A stretch of 64,000 bases of DNA from contig CM039000.1 of the NCBI GenBank assembly GCA_017499595.2, positions 620,001 to 684,000 on the forward strand, read 5' to 3'. The first letter of the stretch is position 1; the number at the start of each line of letters is the position of its first letter. Origin of the DNA: Psilocybe cubensis. Lineage: Eukaryota. The position numbers and the translations under genes are program-made. Below, one piece after another: positions 23,276 through 38,005 of the stretch. The notes beneath the pieces are model-generated. The model saw only the letters and a program-made list of their open reading frames with translations, made no database searches and was not told the origin of the DNA.

Positions 23276-25567
23276 CGCGGGTATATAAAGACCACGCACC
23301 TTGCTGGCCTTTCTTCATCCCCTCACCGCCTACTCTCCTCTGCCTCTTCAGCTCTCCTCTTCTTTTCTCTTCGGGCTTGGATGGCGCGTTCTGGCAGACG
23401 GTGAGCCTTCTAGTTCGTTCTCGACGGCGCTGACGTTGTGCACTATATAGGCATTGGTGAGTGATATTGACACGACGCCGAGGCGATTCTGACGCGTTTC
23501 TCATAGGCCCGCGCACCACGATGAAAACACCCCTCCTAACCTTGCCCGTAAAGGTGAGTTGCACCCACCCAACGATGCGCTGCTACTCACTTTGCTTCTC
23601 GCTGCACAGAAAAGTAAGGATTTCCGTGAGTCGGGGCCCCTATGACACGCAGAGCGCTGACAACGCACCTTGACAGAATGGCCTCTCGATCCATCCACCT
23701 GACGACTGACGGCGTGGGCTGGTTGATACCGTGAAGGTTGCTGGAAAGGTCCTAGACGGTGTGGACACGATAACGACGGTAAGTAGCAGGGCAATAACTA
23801 ACATATGGTTTACTGACCCACCTTGAAATTAGATTCCCCGCCCGCCTCTGTCACTGCAAGTTGGATCCACCGGACTATGAGGGGACATAACATGCCCCCC
23901 CAAATCCCGCTCCACGGTGAGTGTTGAGAGCGACTGAAAGTGCTTGCTTGCTGGGATAGACGACCCTACGCGGGTATAAAGACCGCGGATGTTGCTGGCA
24001 TTCTTCATCTTTGGGCTTGGATGACGTGTTCGGGCAGACAGTGAGCTTTGTAGTCGACAGCGCTGACGTTGAGCACACCAGAGCCACCGTTTGAGGCGAC
24101 GGTGAGTAACATGCACACGATGCCAATGTGATTCTGACGCATTCCTCGTAGAAGTGCTATAGGTGCGTTGGTCACCGCAGAACGCTGACAACATACCTCG
24201 ACAGAACACCACCTAGCCTGTCCCGCTCTGCCCAGACCAGCCAACACCGCTTCTCGCTACACAGACAAGGCATTGCCTACAGAATTTCTGTGAGTCGGGG
24301 CCCCTGATACGTAGAAAGCTGACAACATACCTTGACAGAATGTCTTCTTGATCCATCCCGCTCCTCTCCCTGGTATAACGATTGACGGCGTGAAAAAAAA
24401 GAAGTTTATTCCGGTACCGTACCTACAATGCGTAACGAGCAGCAGAGTACTGAGCTTGCCAATTACTCCATCCCACACTCTCCTTGTATCCTCTCCCCTG
24501 CTTTGGCCTCTGTCAGCCACTCTCTACATTGCCCACACCATCGATGGCCTGCACCGTGCGCTGGATAGCGTGTAGTGACGCTCTTTTGACGGCCGTTCAG
24601 AATGCATGCAGCTGAAGGGAGAGCGGTAAGCACAATCCCTTGCGGTCAAAAGAATTGTCAACTTACTGACCGGTGATACAAGCTGTTGAAAATTGACATG
24701 GTGTCTATCCTCTCCCCAGCACTGGCCTCTATCAACTGCTCTCCACATTGCCCACTCCATCGATGGCCTGACGCTGTCTTGACGGCCGCCCAGAATGCAC
24801 ACAGCTGAGGGAAAGCGGTAAGCACGATGCCTCGCAGTTGAAAGTGTCTACTGACCTGTGACGCAAGCTATTGAGATCGACCCCCTAGGTCCGTGGATAG
24901 CGAGCAAAGACTCTTGACCGCAAGGTAAGCCGTCGATATAATAACCCAACCAACCTATTGACGCACCAATTGACTTCTAGTCGGGCACGACTGTATGCGC
25001 GAGCCTTGTTGTTTGAGGCGCAAGGAACCTTGGGTGTTGGTTAAAGGTATGCCCGCTCAGTTTGTCTGCGAAACCGTCTTGAATGGCAGGCTGAATGCTG
25101 CATGCACTGTGGCTTGACGGGGGTGGAAAGACTCTGCAAGGGTGCTGTCACCGGCTTGGGCATCCATCGCTTGTCCCATGACGGCGGCGTGTCGACGTTG
25201 GGATCAACGTTATTCCCCTATACGGACATCCGGCCTCAAGCTGAGATCCAACAACTGAGAAAGTCAAATATAAAAAGACGGATAGATGCTCAGAAATATC
25301 AAGGTAGGCGAAGATCGGGGTGTGTGAGTGAGAAGACGAAGCGGGTAATATAGGTGCTGTGGGGATGAGGCGGAGAGTGCAACATGTGTCGCCTCCTTCA
25401 TCTTCCAACGGAAAGGACTTGAGCGCAAGGTGCACGGCGTGACGGTGGTCAAGGAGCTCATCAAAAACGAAGGCCGACTGCCTTCTTCAAGGGGCTGACG
25501 CCAAAGGTATGCCAGTGTCCTACTTAGTTGCAATTCGCATCACGCACCGCATCGACACAACGTCTAG
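23276..25567 (+). other. Intron-dense unit, copy 3
   Basis: Homologous to copy 2, plus a 7-bp duplication near 23700. Confidence 0.55.
25421..25506 (+). pseudogene. GGC1-like exon fragment, copy 3 (frameshifted)
   Basis: Same as 3791-3876. Confidence 0.65.
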
Positions 25568-26748
25568 TAATTACTTGCTAAAACAGGTATACATACATCT
25601 CGTAGTGTAGAGTATGATTCAGGAGCACAGCTGGTGGGGATAGATAGGGTAGGTAGGTTACTATAGGTGTAGTAGTATGTCGGCTGTACATACATACATA
25701 CATACATACACTGCATGTATATGTACACCAATAGACAATGGAGGTATGACAGTAATAAGATAGCCTGTGAAGGGCGTAGAGTGTGATATGATGGGGGTAG
25801 TCGTACACGCCCGGTATGGATGGATGGACGTGTATGGGAATATCATGTAAGGGAAGGATAGGCGTGGGTTGGGAGGCAATAGAAGTCTAGGAGGAGAAAA
25901 ATGGTATAAGTGTTAACGTGAATGCGAATCTGGGAAAACAAGGTCATAAAGATGGGAGAAAATTAAATATAGGAAATGTGCGGTCGGGTGTGCGTGCACA
26001 CTACGCAGCAGAGGAGAACACAACAGGCAGAAGGTAGAGGTGGATGATAACGAGGTGAACATGCCGAAGAAGAAGAAAAAGAGGAGAACAATGCAGAGGG
26101 GGGAAAATCGAGAACGAAATTGAAGGAAGACGAAACGAGAATCAAATCAGAACGGCTCGAAATCCAAAATCCAGTTCCGATTCCAATAGTTTTCTACAAC
26201 AACTCTACTCTACAAAGATCTTCTACTTTTACAAATTCGTCTTCGACACGTCAACGCGTCGTCGACGATCACCCGCGTACCGCGCCACCTGCTCTGCAGT
26301 GGTCACTCGCCCTCGCACGCACGCGTGCAAGTGCACAAATCAAGCACGACCGGTGAGTCTTTCTACTACATCAAAACAAAAAAAAGCAGAAACGGGGGAA
26401 AGAAATAGAAAACAAAAGGAGAAAGCGGGAACTGGACTGGACGATATACACGAGGGGCTTGGTGGTGGTGGTGGTGGTGGCAACAACAGACAGCATCGAG
26501 CGCCAGGCGGTCTAGGGATGGACAGAAGGGATCCTCCGAGCATGCATGCACGCGCGTGTGCTCCCCTCCCTCTCATCCTCCGAGGTGTGATGTTGGCCCG
26601 CAAGAAGTGAATAGGTGCGTATGTGGGTGGAAATCAACTCCGGGTATCGGTTACTGAACTAGATGGGAAGGGAGGGAAGGGGGGGAGGAGACTTGGACAG
26701 ACATGTATGGCATGCAGGGAGGCACGACGGAAGGAGGAGGGGGGGCGC

Positions 26749-28593
26749 TCAGAGCGAGAACCACTGCCTCTTCGCGTGAAGCCTCCTGTGCGCGGTGGTT
26801 GCAGCTACTTTCACCTGTGGCTCGGGCTCGGGCGATTTCTTGACGAGCACGCCCTCCTCCGGGGAGGGAAGCAAAGCGCGTCTCCTGCGCCTGCTCGAGC
26901 GCTTCTGGCAAGACGGGGCGGGGTTGCCGTTGTCGTTGCTGGTAGAAACAGAAGCAGCGGATGCAGAAGAAGCGGAGGCAGAGGCAGAGGAAGAAGCGCC
27001 TGCGGCGAAGTTGGCGGGGGCGGGGCTTGCACCGGTGTTCCCACCTGAGTTTGCGTTGTTCGAGCCTGAGCCGTTGTTTGAGTTGGATTTGTTCGAGCCC
27101 GAGTTGTTGTTGTTGGAGCCAGAATTGTTGGAACCGGAGTTGCCTGCGGGAGCACTCGGAGCGCCAGCAAAGATATCGTTCTGCGCGCCTGAAAAGAAGA
27201 ATCGCAAAAACGCCAAGTCAGCCTCTTACAATCCGAAATAATAAAAAAATCATTAAAAACAAACCATCAGCGAAACCCAGCTTGGCGTTGTATGCTGGAG
27301 ACTTGAAGCTGCCTGAAAGGTCGTATCCACTGACAGCGATGTTGTTGCCCTCGTTCTGGTTCCAGTAAATCATCTGCTTCGAGCCCTTGACGCAGGCACC
27401 TGGGTTGCCCTCGCACCACACGGGTGGCTGTGGGGGTGCAATGGGCGTAGTGCTCTTCGCGCCGGTGACTTTGCACTTGAATGGCTGGTGGTACATGTTC
27501 GGCTGGCCGCAGCCGTTCGGGACCCATCCCCACTGTGGAAAGAGTTAGACGAAAAATGTGAAGTTTGAATAGAAGTCGGCTTACAGCGCAGATGCAGCCT
27601 CCTTCAGGGCAGGCGGGCAAGTTGGCCGGGACATCGTAGCTGATAACGCGCTTCCAGGGTGTGCTGTGGGGGATTTTATTGATAAGCGTCATTGATTTAT
27701 TTGCAAGGAATGAAAACCACTCACTTATAACGAACAGTGAACACTGCAAGGTTCTGGGGAGTTACTGCCTTGATGTCAGACTAGAAAGTATTTGCAAAGT
27801 GAGCGCTAGATATGATTTTGAACGAGAGTTGGGGACTTGCGTTGTACGAGATTGCGAATGCGGTTCCGGCCGCCATAGACTGATTCTGGGCATGCACTGC
27901 ACAAAAATGAATCAGCAAAAACGCCAAGAAACGAGGGCCGCTCACTGTTTGGGGACGTGATGCATGAAGGGACATTCTGTGAGGCACAGTGGGTTAATTA
28001 ATCAGTTGCTAGGAATATGGGAAAGACACGCACATAGTCCTCGGGGTATGTCGCACCGTCTGGCCATTCTGAGGTGTCGCGCCCGTTGTACGCCAGCGTG
28101 GTCTTTGCGCGGTTGGAGGCGATCTCGACGGTGAAGCTTCCACCAGCAGGACTGAAGTCGGGGTTTAGACGACGGAAATCAAAAATACAGGTGTGTTGGG
28201 ACTCACAGCTCGAGGAAGTCCCCGTCTGCAGGAGGATATAGGTCACACTAAGATTGTTTCGCAAGTTTCAGAGAATACTAGGTTAACAATTGCACCAAAA
28301 ACACACGTTGTTGATATGATGGACTGCAGAGTGTTGTTTAATGAGATGAACATAGCACAACGGCAAGGCACGTACACCACCAATCCTTAAAGTTGAGCTG
28401 GTATAGAGGTGAGACAATCGCATAGGAATTCAAGTCTTGCGCAGCTTGCGGACCCTATAGAAAGAATGTAGATTCTTCAGCGGTTCTGAACATTTTGAAA
28501 TGAGGACTACATTCCTTTGTGGAAAGCTGCAAGATGGGCGTTGGCGCCGCTTAGCCACAAGGCCGCTGTGAGAAGGGTTGCAGCTCGAAACAT
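26749..28593 (-). pseudogene. AA14-like LPMO, copy 3 (haplotype B)
   Basis: Same sequence as copy 2 at offset +11098. Confidence 0.85.
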
Positions 28594-29542
28594 TGACTTC
28601 AACTTATTGAGCCGCGTTGAAAAAGAGTGTGGTTGGCCTTGAAGAAAGTTTGGCGTAAACCGAGCGGGATAGTACAAGCGTAGGTACAGGAAGGGGGAAG
28701 GAGTCGTCTGTCCAAGTCGTTGGAGTGAAAAGTTGACAGTCTAGTTTATAAGCTAATCAGGAAGTGAGCGGATGGATGATACCCTGCGTTCATCATGGAA
28801 GAAGGGGAGGCAGACCACCTAAATTGATAGATTACTATTTATGATGTGCAGATGTTGCTTTTTCTGGCGAGTTTTTACTCGGTAAAATGTCGAGATCTAT
28901 TAATAGGCCAAAAAAAGAGCGTAGTCCATGCATTCCAACACCTTCAATTTATCGTACAAGCAGAGGTTAGCCCCGCCCGAAGGCCAGAATGGGGCGTAAC
29001 CGGTCTATCTACAGGGAAATCACTCACCGGGTCTCAGTAGCGAAAATCTGTCAAGGTCACGGGACAAACATCCTACCACAACGACGGGTCATACGTGTTC
29101 TTCCCGGGTTGACAATAGGCCTGCCTCACTGATCAGAGGCCCCGGATGAAGTGCGCGGGTCCACTTCAGAGGTGTCCAACAATAATCGCTAGAGCATACC
29201 CCTGTGTTAAAGCTCCCCGGACGCCATTATGTTGTGTCAGAGCATAGCGGGCCGAACGGAAATTAGGGTGAGTCCTGCTCGCCGGGTCAAAGCAACGATG
29301 TGTCGTGTTTGTCTAACGCCATACTGGGGTGACTCGAGGGTGCTGGGTGAGGAGTAGGCTGTATCCAGTTCGGCAGACAGCAATACATCTCCAGTTGGGT
29401 GGGTGCATAGCACTGCCTCCAAAGAGGCTGGACAACATTGGATGAAGGAGGAGATGCGCGTCTTGCCGGACGGCAATACATGGATAAGAGTTGGGTAGAT
29501 CCTACTCGCCGGAAGACGATATGCTGCATTGGGGCATATGTA

Positions 29543-29984
29543 GTCGAGACGAGCAAAGGGGAGGGTCCAGCTCTCCGGAAGGCGATACGTTGCGTTGGGG
29601 CATACGTTGGTTGCACATGAAGTCGAGACGAGCAAAGGGGAGGGTCCAGCTCTCCGGAAGGCGATACGTTGCGTTGGGGCATACGTTGGTTGCACATGAA
29701 GTCGAGACGAGCAAAGGGGAGGGTCCAGCTCGCCGGAAGGCGATACGTTGCGTTAGGGCATACGTTGGTTGCACATGAAGTCGAGACGAGCAAAGGGGAG
29801 GGTCCAGCTCTCCGGAAGGCGATACGTTGCGTTGGGGCATACGTTGGTTGCACATGAAGTCGAGACGAGCAAAGGGGAGGGTCCAGCTCGCCGGAAGGCG
29901 ATACGTTGCGTTAGGGCATACGTTGGTTGCACATGAAGTCGAGACGAGCAAAGGGGAGGGTCCAGCTCGCCGGAAGGCGATACA
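29543..29984. repeat. 79-bp minisatellite, 5 full + 1 partial copies
   Basis: Starts at 29543, 29622, 29701, 29780, 29859, 29938. Confidence 0.97.
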
Positions 29985-32900
29985 TGGCGTCGGCGCATAG
30001 CTGGATACGTAGTGGGTTAAATCCTGCTTGCCGGAAGACGATGCTTCGCGTTGGAGCATCCGCTGGTTGCACATAGAGTCAAAACAAGCAAAGAGGAGGG
30101 CCCAGCTCGCCGGACGGCAATACATAGCGTCGGAGCGTAGTTGGACAAGGAGTGTGGTGGATCCTGCTCGCCGGAAGACGTCGCATTGCGTTGAAGCATC
30201 CGTTGGTTGCACATGGAGTCCATACAAGTAAAGGGGAGGGTCCAGCTCGCCGGACAGCGATATATCGTGTCGGGGCATTATTTGGTGGTACAGGACTCCT
30301 TGGGACAAGCAAAGCGGGTGGGTTTAGCTCGCCGGACGACGATATGTTGCCTCAGAGCATCTTTAGGCATGCTGGCACTAGCGAATCGCGGGGAAGAAAT
30401 ACATTGCGTCGGAGTAATCTGAGTTATGGAAAACAGTTAAGCACATGTCTAGCACTCTGAACAGCAATACACTTACCAATACCACAGCCCTTTATTCTCA
30501 AGGCGAGTATCGATGCATAGCTTCAAGGCGAAACTGATACAAAGTCAGTACATGTTTTCAACACTATATCCAATGTCACATACCTCTTGGTTACCGCGCA
30601 TTCCTTTACCAGCATTCGTCGGACACCCGAATCTCAAATTTGATTCTGCACACATTGTCAGTACTTATAAGTCTTTGAAGCGTATAAAACTTACAAGGTT
30701 GAAACCAGAATACATCGCCCGAGAGACCTAGGTTGATACTAGAGCATGGCATAGACAGAGTGCGATGCCAAGGAGGGTGCATGACGATGAGGAACATCCA
30801 CGACGAGGAGGGTGCACAACAATGGGTGCATGACGAGGAGGGTACGCAAAAAGAAAGGTGTGCAACGAGGGAGGTAACGACGAGGACGGGTACACGTCGA
30901 CGTACATCCAGCATTAGGGCATAATGCACGGCTGGTGTTCATGAAATTCCAGTCCCTCTTTATACTCTTTTTTTACCAAGTTTTCAAGGTCACGTTGTAT
31001 TTTCGCTGGCACATCACCTCATTTCTGTAGCTTCATCAATTACACTAGTCTTCGCTTCACTCCAACTTCGTTTACGAAGTGTAAAATTTATTTATTGGAA
31101 TGCCATAATTTGACTCTTAGGAGTCCGGGAATATGAGTGATTCCACTTCCCTGTTGCTCTCCGACTTGAATTCCAAGGCAGAAGATCCTGCTACAAATGT
31201 CCGAAAACTGTCCACATCCACAAATTACATTCCATGCTCGAGCACTGGAACAGCCGCTTTCCATCCTCGTAAACTCGTATTATTGTGCTAGACCCGGAGA
31301 TCCACTTACGCGTAGAAGGCCGTAGTTTTGTTGAACGTTGCTTCACAACATTACGTGCATTTACATCCAACATAACGTCCTGTACCGCTGGCACAACACG
31401 CGCACCCGGCATGCAGGTATTCTGAATTCGACGCGACGCGTCTCATCCACAACGCCAGAAAGCAAAAGACCCTGAACGCGAACGCCCCTAAACGCGAATT
31501 GGTTTCGGATAACAAAGTCAGCTGAACTTGACGCGACGCGTCGGACGCGTGTCAGGGCAGAGCTGAGCTGTTTAATCTAATGACGCACATTTTCGTAACA
31601 AGCGCTGCTTCCTTTGAAACCCGCTTTTGGAATAGTCGCGCTAGCGCCCGATCCGTGTCATCGCGATTCCGGATTCACGATCCTCGATTCAAGCCTAAAT
31701 TTAAATCTGGGCAGACCAACATCCAGGCCCACATTTACATAAATGCTTGCTGGAGAGCTTTCTACTATGTCTGGGGGTCATTTTTGATGTAGCGACTGTA
31801 ATTGAAGGTGTTTTCATGGGAGTTAAATGTAACTCTGGCTTGTTTTCAATGTAAATATAACTAAATCTCAAGGTATACTCTACAGAAATTGTTTGTGGGA
31901 ATACCGGTAAGTCAGGTTGCATCTGCATACTCGCTGACTATCTGTAGCACTGTAGAGGTTTGATATACGTGCTTATATTAACATTCATTTCACTCTGCGG
32001 CCAAAAATCCGTCTCTGAACGGATATTTAAATAACTCATGCAGGGGTCACCCGAGCCCCTGTCCCGCTCTTGAATGTAAATTTAAAGTCTAACTGCAGGC
32101 CTATGACATGCTTTACCTCAACAAGGCTAGTGCCTCGGCTGCTCGGAGCCATCACAATGTTCAGCGGAGACTCTGAAGTTTCGGAGGATTGAGAAAAATA
32201 CAATGACGTGGCATTCAAATTCACAGTAGTTTGACCTCCATAAGACGTCTGTGAGCTGAATAGTGTACCATAGAGTGTGAATAGAAGACAATATGATAAA
32301 ATCCACTTGTAACTAACAGAATAAATTGAAATCTCTTGTGAATTTTCAAGTACTCGTCCTAAAATCGACTGCACGCAATTTCATCCGCAGAATATAGATT
32401 ACAACAAGCCCACAGGCAGGGTATGGTGTACCAGTACTGATATATTACCTAGAATAGTCCAAAATCACTCACAGGAAGCAATGGCATTTGTTTGACATAT
32501 AAACCAATGACATTCTCCTCCTCCCCCGATACGTCAATTTACGTCGTTTTAGTCGTTTCCATTCTATCCGTACCTTATTATAGATTAGCCTAGCACCCTT
32601 TGGCTCGCGAATAACGTTGTGAATCGGTGCTCTAGAGCCCAGAAGAACGTAGTTGATTGGATACAGTGCAGGCGGGTAATAACAACGTGTCATGCGTACC
32701 GCGGCTGTTTGCTGCATACTCGCCATTTGAGGCGGTTTGGCGGATGCGTATAGATGTAGTGATGCGTGGTTGAAGAGATGATGCGCCGTGGTGCAAGGAA
32801 AAGTCGGCAATTTGGAGTTGTTCACGTCAAGCCGTGAAATGGTGTAAATCGCGCATTCCCGCAGTTTGAAGAGGTGTAGGGGGGATTTTGTGAGCTGAGG

Positions 32901-34531
32901 GGCTGGAATAGTATGAAATTTAAGTGATGAGTAGTGAAATTTGAGTGCTAAAACCTTGAGAAAAGTTACACATTTCAAAAAATATTAAGCGCCCGAATAG
33001 ACATCACACTGAATTGCGTGAACACAGCAATTCCAAAGGCATTCCTCAGGTATCTCTGTATAGCAGCAGATACTACCATACCCCTAATCACTCACATCGT
33101 GCATCCCATGTCAACAATCCCAAAAAATTCAACAAAATTTTCAACTCACGTACATACCAACATCCTCCCCCTCCCCCGATTCGCGAATACAGCCCATTTC
33201 GAACGCCTCCCTTTCTTCCTGGTCTTTTCCGGCACTAACGGGGACCTGCTCGGCTAGGCTAGGCTGCCGTCACCCGACCTAGAAGGACGGAAATGAAAGC
33301 AACCACTGACGGTCTTCAGCTGAATACACAAATGCAATGATACGTACCGTACAATTCTGCGCGTTTTCCGCGTATTCCTGGCATTTAGGGTGTTTTAATA
33401 CGTTACCTATGGTGTTATGCTGGTGTCTGGGCGTCGGATCGAAGGTTGAAAAGTCGTAAGGTTTGTCTGGTTTCGTATTGCAAGTGTGCTCATGGAGCCG
33501 AATGCCCTCATTGTTGGAATAACGGGTTTACATGGTTTTTCAATGTCAGGTAGCCCCTGAGTGATATGATAGATGCTCTTCAGTATGTGAGTAGGTCTGC
33601 GAGACTTGTTGAGCTCGGAGCACGATGGAAAAGGGTGTACTGCGTATCAACTCCAAATAAGCGCCGAGAACGTGCATATCTACATACAGTGCAAAACAAC
33701 ACTACACACACCTCTAGAAAGATGACAGGGGTAATAGTACCTCTCAGCTCTACCCCTCCAAACCATCCACCCCGCGGAACCATCGAAACAGCTGAACCAA
33801 TCACATCCGAATCTGCACCTCCTCTCCCAAATCCGCATTCCACCCCATTCCAACCGCATTTCTTTTCTTCCGGCTTCGGAATCTCACCACCTCGGCTACT
33901 CAAAGTCATAACGGCAGATCAGAAGAAGACAGCGGCGTTCAATTTGTCGCTGTGCAGAAGACGAGTTTTACGGGTGTTGACTACAGAGCAAGTGTCCGCA
34001 CCCCGGGAGAGCTAGAATGTGTCGTTTGTGCGATTATGTGTAGAATACGTATGGGTGGTGAATTGAATGTACGTACTGGTTTCCCCGAGTCGTGAAGCAT
34101 TTGAAAATTGTGGAAGATTTGGTGCTAAAGTTTTGTTATTCGTCGTTCAGGCAATTTTGAGGAAATGGAGTGTATCGTGAATCCAGTACTTGTATGGTCC
34201 TGGTTTGCGTCTTCAAGCATTGTAAATCTTTATTCTGTATTGAGTTGAATATAATTCTCTCTTGAGCGCAATGCATCGACATCAGCTCAAACAAACAAAT
34301 GTACGAAATCACATTTCACAATACAACACACCCACCCAAAGTTTCACTCACTGCAAACGGAGAAACCACATCCAATCTACAATCTCGACACACACGGACG
34401 ATCGGACCACAACTCGCGTAACCCAAATCCGAACCCGCACTAACAAGCGACACCGAAAAAAAAAAAGAATCTGTATATTTCATTATTCGGTCTACTTACG
34501 ACATGTAACAGGCGTACTAGTAACAGCCCCA

Positions 34532-36824
34532 CGCGGGTATATAAAGACCACGCACCTTGCTGGCCTTTCTTCATCCCCTCACCGCCTACTCTCCTCTGCC
34601 TCTTCAGCTCTCCTCTTCTTTTCTCTTCGGGCTTGGATAGCGCGTTCTGGCAGACGGTGAGCCTTCTAGTTCGTTCTCGACGGCGCTGACGTTGTGCACT
34701 ATATAGGCATTGGTGAGTGATATTGACACGACGCCGAGGCGATTCTGACGCGTTTCTCATAGGCCCGCGCACCACGATGAAAACACCCCTCCTAACCTTG
34801 CCCGTAAAGGTGAGTTGCACCCACCCAACGATGCGCTGCTACTCACTTTGCTTCTCGCTGCACAGAAAAGTAAGGATTTCCGTGAGTCGGGGCCCCTATG
34901 ACACGCAGAGCGCTGACAACGCACCTTGACAGAATGGCCTCTCGATCCATCCACCTGACGACTGACGGCGTGGGCTGGTTGATACCGTGAAGGTTGCTGG
35001 AAAGGTCCTAGACGGTGTGGACACGATAACGACGGTAAGTAGCAGGGCAATAACTAACATATGGTTTACTGACCCACCTTGAAATTAGATTCCCCGCCCG
35101 CCTCTGTCACTGCAAGTTGGATCCACCGGACTATGAGGGGACATAACATGCCCCCCCAAATCCCGCTCCACGGTGAGTGTTGAGAGCGACTGAAAGTGCT
35201 TGCTTGCTGGGATAGACGACCCTACGCGGGTATAAAGACCGCGGATGTTGCTGGCATTCTTCATCTTTGGGCTTGGATGACGTGTTCGGGCAGACAGTGA
35301 GCTTTGTAGTCGACAGCGCTGACGTTGAGCACACCAGAGCCACCGTTTGAGGCGACGGTGAGTAACATGCACACGATGCCAATGTGATTCTGACGCATTC
35401 CTCGTAGAAGTGCTATAGGTGCGTTGGTCACCGCAGAACGCTGACAACATACCTCGACAGAACACCACCTAGCCTGTCCCGCTCTGCCCAGACCAGCCAA
35501 CACCGCTTCTCGCTACACAGACAAGGCATTGCCTACAGAATTTCTGTGAGTCGGGGCCCCTGATACGTAGAAAGCTGACAACATACCTTGACAGAATGTC
35601 TTCTTGATCCATCCCGCTCCTCTCCCTGGTATAACGATTGACGGCGTGAAAAAAAAGAAGTTTATTCCGGTACCGTACCTACAATGCGTAACGAGCAGCA
35701 GAGTACTGAGCTTGCCAATTACTCCATCCCACACTCTCCTTGTATCCTCTCCCCTGCTTTGGCCTCTGTCAGCCACTCTCTACATTGCCCACACCATCGA
35801 TGGCCTGCACCGTGCGCTGGATAGCGTGTAGTGACGCTCTTTTGACGGCCGTTCAGAATGCATGCAGCTGAAGGGAGAGCGGTAAGCACAATCCCTTGCG
35901 GTCAAAAGAATTGTCAACTTACTGACCGGTGATACAAGCTGTTGAAAATTGACATGGTGTCTATCCTCTCCCCAGCACTGGCCTCTATCAACTGCTCTCC
36001 ACATTGCCCACTCCATCGATGGCCTGACGCTGTCTTGACGGCCGCCCAGAATGCACACAGCTGAGGGAAAGCGGTAAGCACGATGCCTCGCAGTTGAAAG
36101 TGTCTACTGACCTGTGACGCAAGCTATTGAGATCGACCCCCTAGGTCCGTGGATAGCGAGCAAAGACTCTTGACCGCAAGGTAAGCCGTCGATATAATAA
36201 CCCAACCAACCTATTGACGCACCAATTGACTTCTAGTCGGGCACGACTGTATGCGCGAGCCTTGTTGTTTGAGGCGCAAGGAACCTTGGGTGTTGGTTAA
36301 AGGTATGCCCGCTCAGTTTGTCTGCGAAACCGTCTTGAATGGCAGGCTGAATGCTGCATGCACTGTGGCTTGACGGGGGTGGAAAGACTCTGCAAGGGTG
36401 CTGTCACCGGCTTGGGCATCCATCGCTTGTCCCATGACGGCGGCGTGTCGACGTTGGGATCAACGTTATTCCCCTATACGGACATCCGGCCTCAAGCTGA
36501 GATCCAACAACTGAGAAAGTCAAATATAAAAAGACGGATAGATGCTCAGAAATATCAAGGTAGGCGAAGATCGGGGTGTGTGAGTGAGAAGACGAAGCGG
36601 GTAATATAGGTGCTGTGGGGATGAGGCGGAGAGTGCAACATGTGTCGCCTCCTTCATCTTCCAACGGAAAGGACTTGAGCGCAAGGTGCACGGCGTGACG
36701 GTGGTCAAGGAGCTCATCAAAAACGAAGGCCCGACTGCCTTCTTCAAGGGGCTGACGCCAAAGGTATGCCAGTGTCCTACTTAGTTGCAATTCGCATCAC
36801 GCACCGCATCGACACAACGTCTAG
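34532..36824 (+). other. Intron-dense unit, copy 4
   Basis: Homologous to copy 3; first ATG is changed to ATA (~34639). Confidence 0.55.
36677..36763 (+). pseudogene. GGC1-like exon fragment, copy 4 (in frame)
   Basis: An extra C (GAAGGCCCGACT) gives ERKVHGVTVVKELIKNEGPTAFFKGLTPK uninterrupted. Confidence 0.7.
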
Positions 36825-38005
36825 TAATTACTTGCTAAAACAGGTATACATACATCTCGTAGTGTAGAGTATGATTCAGGAGCACAGCTGGTGGGGATAG
36901 ATAGGGTAGGTAGGTTACTATAGGTGTAGTAGTATGTCGGCTGTACATACATACATACATACATACACTGCATGTATATGTACACCAATAGACAATGGAG
37001 GTATGACAGTAATAAGATAGCCTGTGAAGGGCGTAGAGTGTGATATGATGGGGGTAGTCGTACACGCCCGGTATGGATGGATGGACGTGTATGGGAATAT
37101 CATGTAAGGGAAGGATAGGCGTGGGTTGGGAGGCAATAGAAGTCTAGGAGGAGAAAAATGGTATAAGTGTTAACGTGAATGCGAATCTGGGAAAACAAGG
37201 TCATAAAGATGGGAGAAAATTAAATATAGGAAATGTGCGGTCGGGTGTGCGTGCACACTACGCAGCAGAGGAGAACACAACAGGCAGAAGGTAGAGGTGG
37301 ATGATAACGAGGTGAACATGCCGAAGAAGAAGAAAAAGAGGAGAACAATGCAGAGGGGGGAAAATCGAGAACGAAATTGAAGGAAGACGAAACGAGAATC
37401 AAATCAGAACGGCTCGAAATCCAAAATCCAGTTCCGATTCCAATAGTTTTCTACAACAACTCTACTCTACAAAGATCTTCTACTTTTACAAATTCGTCTT
37501 CGACACGTCAACGCGTCGTCGACGATCACCCGCGTACCGCGCCACCTGCTCTGCAGTGGTCACTCGCCCTCGCACGCACGCGTGCAAGTGCACAAATCAA
37601 GCACGACCGGTGAGTCTTTCTACTACATCAAAACAAAAAAAAGCAGAAACGGGGGAAAGAAATAGAAAACAAAAGGAGAAAGCGGGAACTGGACTGGACG
37701 ATATACACGAGGGGCTTGGTGGTGGTGGTGGTGGTGGCAACAACAGACAGCATCGAGCGCCAGGCGGTCTAGGGATGGACAGAAGGGATCCTCCGAGCAT
37801 GCATGCACGCGCGTGTGCTCCCCTCCCTCTCATCCTCCGAGGTGTGATGTTGGCCCGCAAGAAGTGAATAGGTGCGTATGTGGGTGGAAATCAACTCCGG
37901 GTATCGGTTACTGAACTAGATGGGAAGGGAGGGAAGGGGGGGAGGAGACTTGGACAGACATGTATGGCATGCAGGGAGGCACGACGGAAGGAGGAGGGGG
38001 GGCGC

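Larger units (their letters stand above)
21606..32861. repeat. Array unit 3 (11256 bp), haplotype B, longest minisatellite
   Basis: Marker spacing; two extra 79-bp repeats relative to unit 2. Confidence 0.95.
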
